NCBI GenBank assembly: GCA_910578335.1
Contig: CAJTPU010000005.1
Span: 68,595-132,594, forward strand
Direction: 5' to 3'
From: an uncultured Lachnospiraceae bacterium
GTDB lineage: Bacteria > Bacillota > Clostridia > Lachnospirales > Lachnospiraceae
Length of the DNA: 64,000 nt
Part shown: positions 53,305 through 62,803 of the stretch, piece by piece
Layout: each line of letters begins with the position of its first letter
Numbering within the stretch: position 1 is the stretch's first letter
Position numbers and translations under genes: made by a program
The notes under the pieces: model-generated
Databases searched by the model: none
What the model saw: only the letters and a program-made list of their open reading frames with translations
Told to the model about the DNA's origin: nothing

Positions 53305-53586
53305 GTGACAGCAGAAGACAGAAAAATGCTTGCCCGTATCAACAAATACGCTGAGGAAGCCCTTGCCGACATTGACCCGCAAAAAGTGCAGGTGGGCGCT
53401 CAGCTTGAAAAGCTGAAGCCCATCCTGCTAAAAATTGCCGGCGAGCAGGGCTCTTCCCTCGAGGATGTTTTTATCCGCTATATGGATTTGCAGAGCGAAG
53501 CAGCCTGCCTGACCGACAGCAAAATGCGGCAAGAGTTTCAGGACGAGCTGAACGAAAACGGCAGCCAGCCCTTTTTTTACCGCTGA
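53305..53586 (+). CDS. Hypothetical protein
   Basis: GTG 53305 behind AAAGGAG. The track ORF starts at 53272. Confidence 0.4.
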   Translation: MTAEDRKMLARINKYAEEALADIDPQKVQVGAQLEKLKPILLKIAGEQGSSLEDVFIRYMDLQSEAACLTDSKMRQEFQDELNENGSQPFFYR

Positions 53587-53593
53587 ACCGGAT

Positions 53594-56191
53594 TTAATCC
53601 GGTTCTTTTGTTGTCAGATAAATCACTCCCATCCAGTAATACCCATACAATTCTTCACCGCCTTCGAGCGACTCGTAAACGTCCTGCCCGATTCTGGAAA
53701 ATGTTTCGTCGTCCAGTCCATATTCCGTGCGCAAAAGCGCTGTCCCTTCTTCCTTAATCATTTCGGCAAGCTTCTCGCCGATTTCGTCGTAACCGTAGTA
53801 CATGCCGTTTAAGCGGTAGTATTCCCTGCGCCCATTGTCAGCCGCATAATTTCTCATACAGCTATCCAGCACATAATCACTGTTCTCGGTCAGGGTACGC
53901 CTTCCTGCCTCGTCAGGCAGATTGAGGAGCGCATTGGACAGAAACTCATTGTCATTGTTCGTGACGTCCAGAATCTCCCATTCCCCATCGATTCTCACCT
54001 TGTTCCACGCGTGTGCCAGATTGCCCTCCAGTGTGCCGGTCACCACGACGCATTCCAGTCCGGCGGCATCCGCCAGAATTTTGAAAGCTCCCGCATAGCC
54101 TGCGCAAACGCACTTTCCGTTGATAAGCGCACCGTATGCCGTAAAGGAATCGTTGAATTCTCTGTCCGTATACTTGAAATCATGCTGTTCGGCATTGGCA
54201 AGCGCTGCATCGTCATACTCGCAGGTATCGCAGAGATACTGGTTGATGGCAAGCTCTTTTTCCAGTTCCGTCATGCCCGGCATGATAATCTGCGCAATAA
54301 TCTGCTGCGTCTTCTCCTTGATTTCGCTCTGCTTTTTTGCATTTACCTCTGCCGTATCGTCATAAACCACCTTTACGGCAGTCCCCGCCACATTGGTGCA
54401 GTAACCGTTTATTCCTAAAATGAGCGGATTCTGATAGTATGCTTCCAAGAGGGAATCCGACAGGATATCGGGGTCTGCTGCCTCCGGAAACGCCGACACA
54501 TCTATGACCTCCACACCGGCAAGCATATTCATGGCAAGATATTCGGAAAGCGCACTGTTTGCCGTAATATCAAAGTCAACCTGTCTTACCTTCGTGGAAA
54601 CTTTTTCGTTCGCTTCAAACACCACGTTGCGGTTCAGCGCAATGTCTCCGGCACGTTTCCGAAGCATATCTTCTCTTTCTTCAATGTACTTTAAATCTGC
54701 TTCCAGCCTGCTTTCATCATAATCCACAACTTCTGCTACGCTCTCAAACGGAGTGCCTTCAATCCGGTAAGGAATCTTCAATACTTTGAGGTTTTTACCC
54801 TCTAAAAATTCTCCGTTTTCATCGGTATAGATGTATCTGTCCTCCACTATCATGGCATTTGCCGTATCGTAGTCTATCAGCTTCATAGCTGTCGTGCCGT
54901 CCGCCATCGTGACATAGCCGTAAGGCATTACATCTTCTATCCTTTCATACCCGATGCTGCTGTAGCCGTTTGCATTCCATGTATTCCATGCAATCGTAAC
55001 CGGTATATTCTTCTGCATATCCAGAATATCCACCGGGTTGCTCATCATGGAAGTCCCCTCTTTGCTCACTGCTATCACGTAGAAAAAGCTCCTGCTCTCC
55101 GTATTGCAGACGGCTGCGGGTTCCTCCCCATACTCTGCAACACGGCTTTCCCTGCGAATGGTATCATACCAGTCGTCCTCCGCCGCAATATAATTGGAAA
55201 AGGTAGTATTTAAGATAACGGAACCGTACTCCGGCGATTCCGATGTCCACTCTGTATCCGATGTCACAGCCAGTACGTTCATCGCACTGTTGTACCCGTA
55301 TTTTTCACTGAATTTCATATGGCAGACAAAGTATTCCTCTGCGCCGCTTACCTTGTTCCATGAAAACTGCACCCTTCCGTCATCCGTGTACGTACAGGTA
55401 AGAACCGGTGTCTCCAAAAGCTCCCCGACAAATGACACCACCTGTACCTTGGGCGTTTCCAGCTTTTCTCCTGTCTCCATATCAATATAGGAAGCAAGGT
55501 ACATGGTTCCCAGATTTCCCCAGTCCGTACCGGAATCCTGAGGAAAGAACTTGATGTCGTCATGTTCATACTTTCTTACCATATCTGTCTTAAGACCGCT
55601 TATATGAACCTGTCCCACCGGATAATTGGTCGGAGAGAGCACAATGGCGTTATTTTCCTTATCATAAGTCCATGCGCTTGGTCCGACTTCATACTTTAAC
55701 TCCGGGTCCGCATAGAGATTCAGGATTTCCGTCCAGTATTCTATATCCAGCGTACTCACATCAAAGCCCACGGGAACCACAATGCTGCTGTCCCTTGTAA
55801 GACCCGTTATGGCAGTACCATAGGTATAGCCGTACGGAGACTTGCTTCCCTCGTACTTATCCCGCGTCATTTCTGCAAGATAAGCGCTTGTCACATAAGA
55901 TTCTTCCAAAAACGCGTCGTCGTCCTGCAAAAAGCCCTGTACTCCGTCAGCAGCTTGGGAGGCATCTGCCGTATCGCCTGCTGTAGAAGGCTGTCCGGTC
56001 CCGTCGGTTTCTCCTTCTGCGCCGTCGCTCTCCACCGTCACATGCCCGCTTTGGGCGCCCGCTCTTCCGGCAAGCACGCCGCCGCCAAAAATACCTGCTG
56101 CGAGCACAAAACACAGTAGAATGGGAAGCAGGGCGCCTCCTCTTTTTTTCTTCTGTAACACCAGTAAAAACAAATTATTTTCTATCTTCAT
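53594..56191 (-). CDS. Large secreted/anchored transglutaminase-like (Cys-His-Asp) domain protein
   Basis: N-terminal TM segment. C-terminal core CVCAGYAGAF...AHAWNKV...EILDVTN. Confidence 0.65.
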   Translation of the reverse strand: MKIENNLFLLVLQKKKRGGALLPILLCFVLAAGIFGGGVLAGRAGAQSGHVTVESDGAEGETDGTGQPSTAGDTADASQAADGVQGFLQDDDAFLEESYVTSAYLAEMTRDKYEGSKSPYGYTYGTAITGLTRDSSIVVPVGFDVSTLDIEYWTEILNLYADPELKYEVGPSAWTYDKENNAIVLSPTNYPVGQVHISGLKTDMVRKYEHDDIKFFPQDSGTDWGNLGTMYLASYIDMETGEKLETPKVQVVSFVGELLETPVLTCTYTDDGRVQFSWNKVSGAEEYFVCHMKFSEKYGYNSAMNVLAVTSDTEWTSESPEYGSVILNTTFSNYIAAEDDWYDTIRRESRVAEYGEEPAAVCNTESRSFFYVIAVSKEGTSMMSNPVDILDMQKNIPVTIAWNTWNANGYSSIGYERIEDVMPYGYVTMADGTTAMKLIDYDTANAMIVEDRYIYTDENGEFLEGKNLKVLKIPYRIEGTPFESVAEVVDYDESRLEADLKYIEEREDMLRKRAGDIALNRNVVFEANEKVSTKVRQVDFDITANSALSEYLAMNMLAGVEVIDVSAFPEAADPDILSDSLLEAYYQNPLILGINGYCTNVAGTAVKVVYDDTAEVNAKKQSEIKEKTQQIIAQIIMPGMTELEKELAINQYLCDTCEYDDAALANAEQHDFKYTDREFNDSFTAYGALINGKCVCAGYAGAFKILADAAGLECVVVTGTLEGNLAHAWNKVRIDGEWEILDVTNNDNEFLSNALLNLPDEAGRRTLTENSDYVLDSCMRNYAADNGRREYYRLNGMYYGYDEIGEKLAEMIKEEGTALLRTEYGLDDETFSRIGQDVYESLEGGEELYGYYWMGVIYLTTKEPD

Positions 56192-56741
56192 ATAAATTCC
56201 CTCCATTTTGAAGCAGACGCCTTACTGCTTCCCTAAATCCGTCCAAATCCGTCGTCTTCATGCTGACTACCATATATCCGTTTTCCTCTGCATATGCCGC
56301 TATACAGGTACCGCCTTCCCGTACAAATTTTACCTGTATCCCTTCTAACTCCTCCGTCCATGCATCCTCCTTTAAAAATCCCATCGGCAGAACGGTTTTC
56401 TTCTGCAGCAGTATGACCTCCTCCAACTTTTCCGTCTCCTCTGCACTCTTTGGCGCTTCCCCGGTACTTCCCAGATAAGGCTGCACGGATTCCTGCCCTT
56501 TTTTCTCTGCTGTCCTGTTCCACATGGGGAAACAAAAAACAATCAGCATGACGGCGGCTGCCACAGCCGCAGGCAGATAAACACTTCTGTACCGCTTATG
56601 GCGTTTCTGCTTCTTTTCTTCTGCCGCCGCTCTTATCTTTGTACGCTCAATCAACTCGGCAGGCGCGTGTATGTCCGTCAATTCTTTTTTATAAGATTCA
56701 CGCATACTCCAAACGTCATCCGACTCTGTTTGCTGCTTCAT
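56175..56741 (-). CDS. Putative anti-sigma factor (single-pass membrane protein)
   Basis: Overlaps the ECF sigma gene stop. TM helix LPAAVAAAVMLIVFCF. Confidence 0.45.
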   Translation of the reverse strand: MKQQTESDDVWSMRESYKKELTDIHAPAELIERTKIRAAAEEKKQKRHKRYRSVYLPAAVAAAVMLIVFCFPMWNRTAEKKGQESVQPYLGSTGEAPKSAEETEKLEEVILLQKKTVLPMGFLKEDAWTEELEGIQVKFVREGGTCIAAYAEENGYMVVSMKTTDLDGFREAVRRLLQNGGNLYEDRK

Positions 56742-57244
56742 GACAGTTCTCCTTTCAGTCTTATTTTCAGTATATCCCGGGCTCTGTAGAGACGGGATTT
56801 TACCGTTGCCTCCTTTTCTCCCAAAACCCTTCCTATCTGTGCAATGCTCATCTCCTCATAGTAAAACAAATACACTACGCTGCTGTACTTTTCCGGCAGC
56901 TCTTTCACGGCACGTAAAACCGGAGAATCGGCATTCTCCACTGCTTCATAAGAGCGCTCTGCTTTTTTGTCCGGCTCCTCTTTTGCCGTCTCTTCCAGAA
57001 AAACCTTTTTCTTCCAAAAGCTCGCCTGATGCTTCTTCGCACAATTAATCGTCACTCTGATGAGCCATGCCTTTGCATGTTCTTCACCGGAAATTCTGTC
57101 ACGACAGCGAACCAGCCGCAGAAATACTTCTTGAAAAATATCCTGCGCTTCCTCCCTGCTCCCCGTCTGGTTTACCGCTATCCGGTAAACCATATCCGCA
57201 TACTTGTCTATAATCTCTTCTGTCTTAAGCTCCGGTGCACCCAT
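56738..57244 (-). CDS. ECF-type sigma-70 family factor
   Basis: 168 aa. Region 2 DIFQEVFLRL and a region-4 HTH MSIAQIGRVLGEKEATVKSRLYRAR. Confidence 0.8.
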   Translation of the reverse strand: MGAPELKTEEIIDKYADMVYRIAVNQTGSREEAQDIFQEVFLRLVRCRDRISGEEHAKAWLIRVTINCAKKHQASFWKKKVFLEETAKEEPDKKAERSYEAVENADSPVLRAVKELPEKYSSVVYLFYYEEMSIAQIGRVLGEKEATVKSRLYRARDILKIRLKGELS

Positions 57245-57369
57245 GTTTTTTCTCCGATAATCCGCCTTTATTTCCGCATACCTTCACGCATATTTGTTGA
57301 CGATTGCAACTGTCAAGTCCTTTTATGAACATTTTACCATATGCTTCGGAATCTTTCCAACTTTCTTCG

Positions 57370-58656
57370 TCACGGGTATGTTCTGCCATTTGCAAGAATA
57401 TTCTCTGCTACCGCCAGCGTTTCTTCGAATTTGTCAGGGACTGCCATCACAAAAACCACGGAAAAATAGTTTTCGTTTGTGATTAAAAACATTACGGCTT
57501 CCATTTCGCCTTCTTCACGCTCCGCTCTGAAGCTGCATTTCATCGCCTCCCCCATGCAGGTACTTCCGTAAGCCTCTATTTTCACATCCTCCACCGTATA
57601 TGCGGCACCTTCCGTAAAACCGGCAATGTACGCCTCCTGTGCCGCTTCACTCGAGAGACTTTCCGTAATGTCTATCCTGCCGGCTCCCATGTACTCTTGC
57701 GATATACTGATTGCGCAGCCTGCATCCGCCACAGAGCCGCCCGGGGCAAACGTATCTGTTTCATAGCCATAGCTGTAATCCGCCTCCCAGCCCTTCGGCA
57801 GTTCAAACAAAAGATAGCCTGTTGTTTCCCTTATGGTATCGGGAACACCTGCCGCCATAAAATTCTCCAGCTTTTTCTGCGCCTCTTTGGCATCCCATGC
57901 AATGTCAAATCCATAAAAAGCTTCCAGCTCCGCAAGTCTCTCTTCCATACCTTCCCTGACATCCATAAGGTTAATTTCCACTTCCACGAGCACCATCTCG
58001 TCTGCTGTCTGCGTCAGATAGTATGTGCAGTATACCGGCATAAAAGAGTCCGTCCACTTATCATAATAGCAGTACTTCACCACACCTTTTACGCCGTTTT
58101 CCATGGTTTCAATCTCTGACAGCTCCAAATCATATACGGCAATATTAAAAAACACATCATATTCCGCCTCTATATGGTTCTTTAACGTTTCTTCCAGCGT
58201 ATCGGCGTCATCCCCCAGCAAAAAGGGCGAAAGCGCCACTTTCAAATCCATGCCTCTGCTGTCTGCGTAACCAATGTTTTGGTTTACGCTGGTATATTCA
58301 CCAAAAGGAAGAAATATCTTTAACGTTTTCTCCTGTGTCCGTTCCCCGTATTCATCCGGCTTCAAAATCAGGGTTTCACACTGCAGATAGGCAAAACCGT
58401 CATACGCTTCATCAAAATCATCCCCCAGCTTAACGGCTGAAGCAGGTGGTTTTTCTTCTTTTTCCCCTTTTTCTTCCCCTTCTTCTGCTGTCCGGCTATT
58501 GCCGCCTTCCCGCCTGCTTTCCTTTTCCTCTTTTTTCTGTTCATCCGCCGCCTCAGACTGCTTGGGCACATCGTGCGCCGAAGACTTCTTTCCACAGGCA
58601 CCTGCAAAAAGCGCTGTCATGAAAATGAAAAGCAATAAAACAAATTTATTTTTCAA
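57370..58656 (-). CDS. Lipoprotein of unknown function
   Basis: Lipobox LFAGAC after the signal peptide. Acidic linker. Confidence 0.65.
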   Translation of the reverse strand: MKNKFVLLLFIFMTALFAGACGKKSSAHDVPKQSEAADEQKKEEKESRREGGNSRTAEEGEEKGEKEEKPPASAVKLGDDFDEAYDGFAYLQCETLILKPDEYGERTQEKTLKIFLPFGEYTSVNQNIGYADSRGMDLKVALSPFLLGDDADTLEETLKNHIEAEYDVFFNIAVYDLELSEIETMENGVKGVVKYCYYDKWTDSFMPVYCTYYLTQTADEMVLVEVEINLMDVREGMEERLAELEAFYGFDIAWDAKEAQKKLENFMAAGVPDTIRETTGYLLFELPKGWEADYSYGYETDTFAPGGSVADAGCAISISQEYMGAGRIDITESLSSEAAQEAYIAGFTEGAAYTVEDVKIEAYGSTCMGEAMKCSFRAEREEGEMEAVMFLITNENYFSVVFVMAVPDKFEETLAVAENILANGRTYP

Positions 58657-58762
58657 GTCCTCTCCTTTCTCCCGCGCAAAGGGCTTTGATATCTTACTAT
58701 AAGGAATACCCCCCGGCAGCAGAAAAAGTTGCAGAATTTTTCCTGTTTTGTAAATTTTTTTT

Positions 58763-58813
58763 AAAAAAGCACATACCGCGCACCGGCTCTTTCGCCAAAT
58801 ACGCAGTATGTGC
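58763..58813 (-). terminator. Terminator after serA
   Basis: GCACATAC / GTATGTGC stem flanked by T-runs on both strands. Confidence 0.5.
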
Positions 58814-58847
58814 TTTATTTTATCGTGATAAACTTTGTGCCCTAATG

Positions 58848-60011
58848 CTATTTTACAACTCTTACGCGGAAGACGCCGTCTATTGCACTCAGCTTTTCCA
58901 CAATGTCGGCTGTCGCCGGACTCTCTACATCCAGCATGGTATAAGCAACCTCTCCTCTGGACTTATTCATCATATCGCTGATATTAATACCGATTTCACC
59001 AAAACAGCCTGTAAATTTGGTAATCATATTGGCAATATTTTTGTGGAAAATGGCAATTCTGCCGACATTGGTGCAAACGCCCATATCGCAGCTCGGATAA
59101 TTCACACTATTCTTAATCGTGCCGTTCTCCAGATACTCCATCATTTCCTTTACTGCCATAGCCGCACAGTTGTCCTCAGATTCTTCCGTCGAAGCGCCCA
59201 GATGCGGAATCACGATACAGCCCTTTTTGCCTGCTGTCACCGGATTGGGGAAATCCGTTACATACTTGCGCACTTTTCCGGTATCCAAGGCTTCCAGAAC
59301 GTCTTTTTCATTGACAAGCAAATCTCTTGCAAAGTTTAGGATAACCACATCCTCCTTCATCATGTCGATTGCCGCCTTGTCAATCATACCTTTGGTGGAA
59401 TCCAAAAGCGGCACATGAATCGTAATATAGTCACAAGACTTGTAAATATCCTCCACATTGATTACATGCTTGACATCCCTGCTCAGATTCCACGCGGCGT
59501 CTACCGACAGATAAGGGTCGTAACCGTACACTTCCATCCCAAAATGCCTTGCGGCATTGGCAACCTTTACGCCGATTGCGCCAAGCCCGATGATACCCAG
59601 CTTCTTGCCGTTAAGCTCCGTGCCTGCAAAGTTCTTTTTTTCTTTCTCTGCCGTTTTGGCAATATTTTCATCGGAAGCATTTTCCTTCACCCATTCAATG
59701 CCGCCCGTCACATCTCTTGCCGCAAGCAGCATACCGGCTATCACCAGTTCTTTCACGCCGTTTGCATTTGCACCGGGCGTGTTAAATACCACAATCCCTT
59801 TTTCTGCGCAGCGCTCCAACGGTATATTGTTGACGCCGGCGCCGGCTCTTGCCACCGCCAAAAGGCTGTCTGGAAGCTCCACCTCATGCATGGACGCGCT
59901 TCTGACCAGCACTCCCTGCGCTTCTGCCATATTGTCGGTTTTCTGATACTCCTCCGTAAATTTTGATAATCCCACCTGTGAAATCGGATTCATGCAATAA
60001 TATTGAAACAT
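58848..60011 (-). CDS. serA: D-3-phosphoglycerate dehydrogenase (with a C-terminal ACT-like domain)
   Basis: NAD-binding fold GIIGLGAIGVKVA. 2-hydroxyacid dehydrogenase pattern. Adjacent to serC. Confidence 0.75.
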   Translation of the reverse strand: MFQYYCMNPISQVGLSKFTEEYQKTDNMAEAQGVLVRSASMHEVELPDSLLAVARAGAGVNNIPLERCAEKGIVVFNTPGANANGVKELVIAGMLLAARDVTGGIEWVKENASDENIAKTAEKEKKNFAGTELNGKKLGIIGLGAIGVKVANAARHFGMEVYGYDPYLSVDAAWNLSRDVKHVINVEDIYKSCDYITIHVPLLDSTKGMIDKAAIDMMKEDVVILNFARDLLVNEKDVLEALDTGKVRKYVTDFPNPVTAGKKGCIVIPHLGASTEESEDNCAAMAVKEMMEYLENGTIKNSVNYPSCDMGVCTNVGRIAIFHKNIANMITKFTGCFGEIGINISDMMNKSRGEVAYTMLDVESPATADIVEKLSAIDGVFRVRVVK

Positions 60012-60044
60012 TTGATGCCCCTTTCCTGCTGACGCAGATTTTAC

Positions 60045-61130
60045 TTACGCTTCCGTATGATTTTTCTCAAATTCCTTCATAAATGCAACCAGCTTCTCAA
60101 CACCTTCTATCGGCATTGCGTTGTAGATGCTGGCGCGCATACCGCCCACACTTCTGTGTCCCTTCAGGTTCACAAAGCCTGCCGCTGCCGCTTCCTTTAC
60201 AAATTCCGCATCCAGCTCTTCACTGCCTGTCACAAAAGGCACATTCATAAGAGAACGGTCTTCCTTCCTGACGGTTCCCCTGAAAAGACTGCTCTCATCC
60301 AGATAATCATAGAGAATCTTCGCCTTCTTTTCATTGTACTCCTTCATCGCCTCAAGTCCGCCCTGCTTTTTCAGCCACTTGAATACCTTGCCGCAGATAT
60401 AAATGCCGTATGCCGGCGGCGTATTGTACAAGGATTCATTGTCCGCGTGGATTTTATACCGAAACATGGTAGGCGTACCGGGAAGTACATCCTCCGTAAT
60501 CAAGTCCTCCCTGATAATCACAATCACCACGCCCGCAGGTCCGATATTCTTCTGTACACCGCCATAGATAAGACCGTATTTGCTCACGTCTACCGGCTCT
60601 GACAGGAAACAGGAGGAAACGTCCGCTACCAAGGTCTTGCCCTTTGTATTGGGAAGTGTTTTAAACTTGGTGCCGTAAATCGTATTATTTTCACAAATAT
60701 AAACATAATCCGCATCTTCACTGATGGGAAGGTCCGAACAGTCAGGTATGTAAGAAAAGGTCTCATCCTCGCTGCTTGCAATCTTATTTGCCTTGCCGTA
60801 GACTGCCGCCTCCTGATATGCCTTTTTTGCCCACTGTCCGGTCACAATGTAGTCGGCAACCTTATTTTTCATCAGATTCATGGGAATCATGGCAAACTGA
60901 GAACTTGCGCCGCCCTGTAAAAAAAGCACCTTATAATTGTCGGGAATTTGCATAAGCTCCCGCAAATCAGCTTCTGCTTCTTTGATAATCCTATCGTAGA
61001 CCTTAGAGCGGTGGCTCATCTCCATAACGGACATGCCGCTTCCCTGATAATCAAGCATTTCCGCTGCCGCTTCCTGTAATACCTCCTCAGGCAGCACTGC
61101 CGGACCTGCCGAAAAATTATAAACTCGCAC
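60045..61130 (-). CDS. serC: Phosphoserine aminotransferase
   Basis: N-terminus YNFSAGPAVLPEEVL, then GGASSQF. 361 aa. Confidence 0.85.
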   Translation of the reverse strand: MRVYNFSAGPAVLPEEVLQEAAAEMLDYQGSGMSVMEMSHRSKVYDRIIKEAEADLRELMQIPDNYKVLFLQGGASSQFAMIPMNLMKNKVADYIVTGQWAKKAYQEAAVYGKANKIASSEDETFSYIPDCSDLPISEDADYVYICENNTIYGTKFKTLPNTKGKTLVADVSSCFLSEPVDVSKYGLIYGGVQKNIGPAGVVIVIIREDLITEDVLPGTPTMFRYKIHADNESLYNTPPAYGIYICGKVFKWLKKQGGLEAMKEYNEKKAKILYDYLDESSLFRGTVRKEDRSLMNVPFVTGSEELDAEFVKEAAAAGFVNLKGHRSVGGMRASIYNAMPIEGVEKLVAFMKEFEKNHTEA

Positions 61131-61220
61131 GTTTATACCTCCTCATAATCGTATGCGCCCTCTTCTAAAGCAATAAAGCCGCGCTTACTGCTTTTTGATG
61201 TGGTTCGGGCATTTCTATTT

Positions 61221-61249
61221 ATTTTAAACTCTGATTTCGCTTTAGTCAA
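61221..61249 (-). promoter_or_regulatory. Candidate serC-serA promoter
   Basis: On the - strand: TTGACT, 17 nt, TAAAAT. Confidence 0.4.
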
Positions 61250-61392
61250 CTGCATTGTTAAATTTTTTTCAATCATGTACTAAAGTACTATATTGAGCCT
61301 CATTTTCATGGCGCAAAAGTCGCTTACACCTGTTCTTTTGTACAAATTGACAACCAACCTTTTCAGACAGGGCTTTTGACGCCCAAATCCTA

Positions 61393-62778
61393 TCAATAAA
61401 ACATAACGACCGGCACTCCGATTTCCAGCATATCGAACAGCTTCGTCATCACGGAAGGCGGCACGTTGATACAGCCGTGAGAGCCGTTCGTTTTATAAAT
61501 CTCTCCGCCAAAGCTCCCCCTCCAGGAAGCATCGTGAATCCCAATGCCGCGGTTAACCGGAGCCCAGTACTTTACAAAGGATTCATAATCCGGTCCCCGT
61601 AAAATACGGTCTCTCTGCATGGCGTAGACATAATTGACGCCGGAAGGCGTTTTATGCCCGCCTCTCACATTTCCGGTGACAACATCCGTTTCCAGCAAAA
61701 GCTCCCCGTCCTCATAATAATAAAGCTTCTGCTCCGTCATATCGACCTCCACGTAGGTATCGCCGATATCGTCCCTTCCCCGCACGCGCGCTTCCTCTTC
61801 ATACGCCGGAATATGCACCTCGTCCGCATGTTCCGCAAGCGCCTGCGTTAAATAGGCAATTTCCGCATCTCTGTCAATTTTATTGCCATAGGTACCGCCC
61901 TCCACCGTTATGATATCCCCTCTTGTGGACTGGAAAGACCTTGCACTCCCCAGAGTATCATATTCCTGACAGAGCGAATCTATGAAAGAAGCCACCGCCT
62001 CTTCGTCTGTCACAAGTTTTCCCGTCTCATCCAAAAGAAACCCGCCGTTCTCATCCAAAGCAATAAATTCACTGACAATCTCCGGCGTCAGGGATATGGT
62101 TTCATCCCCCATATCATAACAGATACGGCAGCTTTGGAACGCCTCCACCTTTTCCCACAAGGAAAGCGTCTCGTACATTTCCTCCGTATAGGGCAAATCC
62201 TCGTAACAGCCCGATATATCCACAAAGGTTTTCCCGCATAAAAGCGCGTCTGCAACCATGTCATAAACCAAATCAAGGTTTAACACATGCTCTCTGCCGT
62301 TAAAAAGCACATACCCTGCCGTCTTGCGGATTTCCACGATTTCACACGCCGACTCATCCGCCGGTGCAAGCTTATCCGCAAGCACATTTTTAAGCAGCGC
62401 CTCCTCAAAAGACACCTGCGGCGCAAGGGAAGTCTGCCCGCTTCCGAAAAGCGCCGTTATCCAAAGGAACGGATTCTGGCTGCCCTTTAGCTTCCTTAAT
62501 TGACCGGTATAGTCTATACTGACTGCAAGGTCTGTATAAGAAATTTCAAACTGTATTTCTGCACCGTCCTGCACCCATATGCTGTTGTGCGGATATATTC
62601 TCTTTAGTTCTTCATTTACCTCTTCTGCCGTTTTACCCGTACAGTATATACCGTTGATAAAAGTTCCCGGGGCAAACCGCCCGCGATAGCAGAACCCTAT
62701 CCCGATATACAAGGCAACCCCCAGACAAATCCCTGCCAGTACGAAAAAACGCACAATGGTCTTTATCTTTTTCCTCAT
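61393..62778 (-). CDS. L,D-transpeptidase (YkuD domain) with an N-terminal membrane anchor
   Basis: C-terminal catalytic SHGCINV. N-terminal TM helix. Confidence 0.75.
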   Translation of the reverse strand: MRKKIKTIVRFFVLAGICLGVALYIGIGFCYRGRFAPGTFINGIYCTGKTAEEVNEELKRIYPHNSIWVQDGAEIQFEISYTDLAVSIDYTGQLRKLKGSQNPFLWITALFGSGQTSLAPQVSFEEALLKNVLADKLAPADESACEIVEIRKTAGYVLFNGREHVLNLDLVYDMVADALLCGKTFVDISGCYEDLPYTEEMYETLSLWEKVEAFQSCRICYDMGDETISLTPEIVSEFIALDENGGFLLDETGKLVTDEEAVASFIDSLCQEYDTLGSARSFQSTRGDIITVEGGTYGNKIDRDAEIAYLTQALAEHADEVHIPAYEEEARVRGRDDIGDTYVEVDMTEQKLYYYEDGELLLETDVVTGNVRGGHKTPSGVNYVYAMQRDRILRGPDYESFVKYWAPVNRGIGIHDASWRGSFGGEIYKTNGSHGCINVPPSVMTKLFDMLEIGVPVVMFY

Positions 62779-62803
62779 AAGTCCTTATGCCGCTTTTGCC
62801 TTC

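Noticed and set aside
61131-61392. A possible T-box or riboswitch leader upstream of serC, and likewise at 44249-44388 upstream of the ABC transporter.
   Set aside because: I could not find a T-box core (GGTGGTACCGCG-like) or a TPP-type CTGAGA core. Only a plausible promoter is visible. A covariance-model scan would be needed to exclude other classes.
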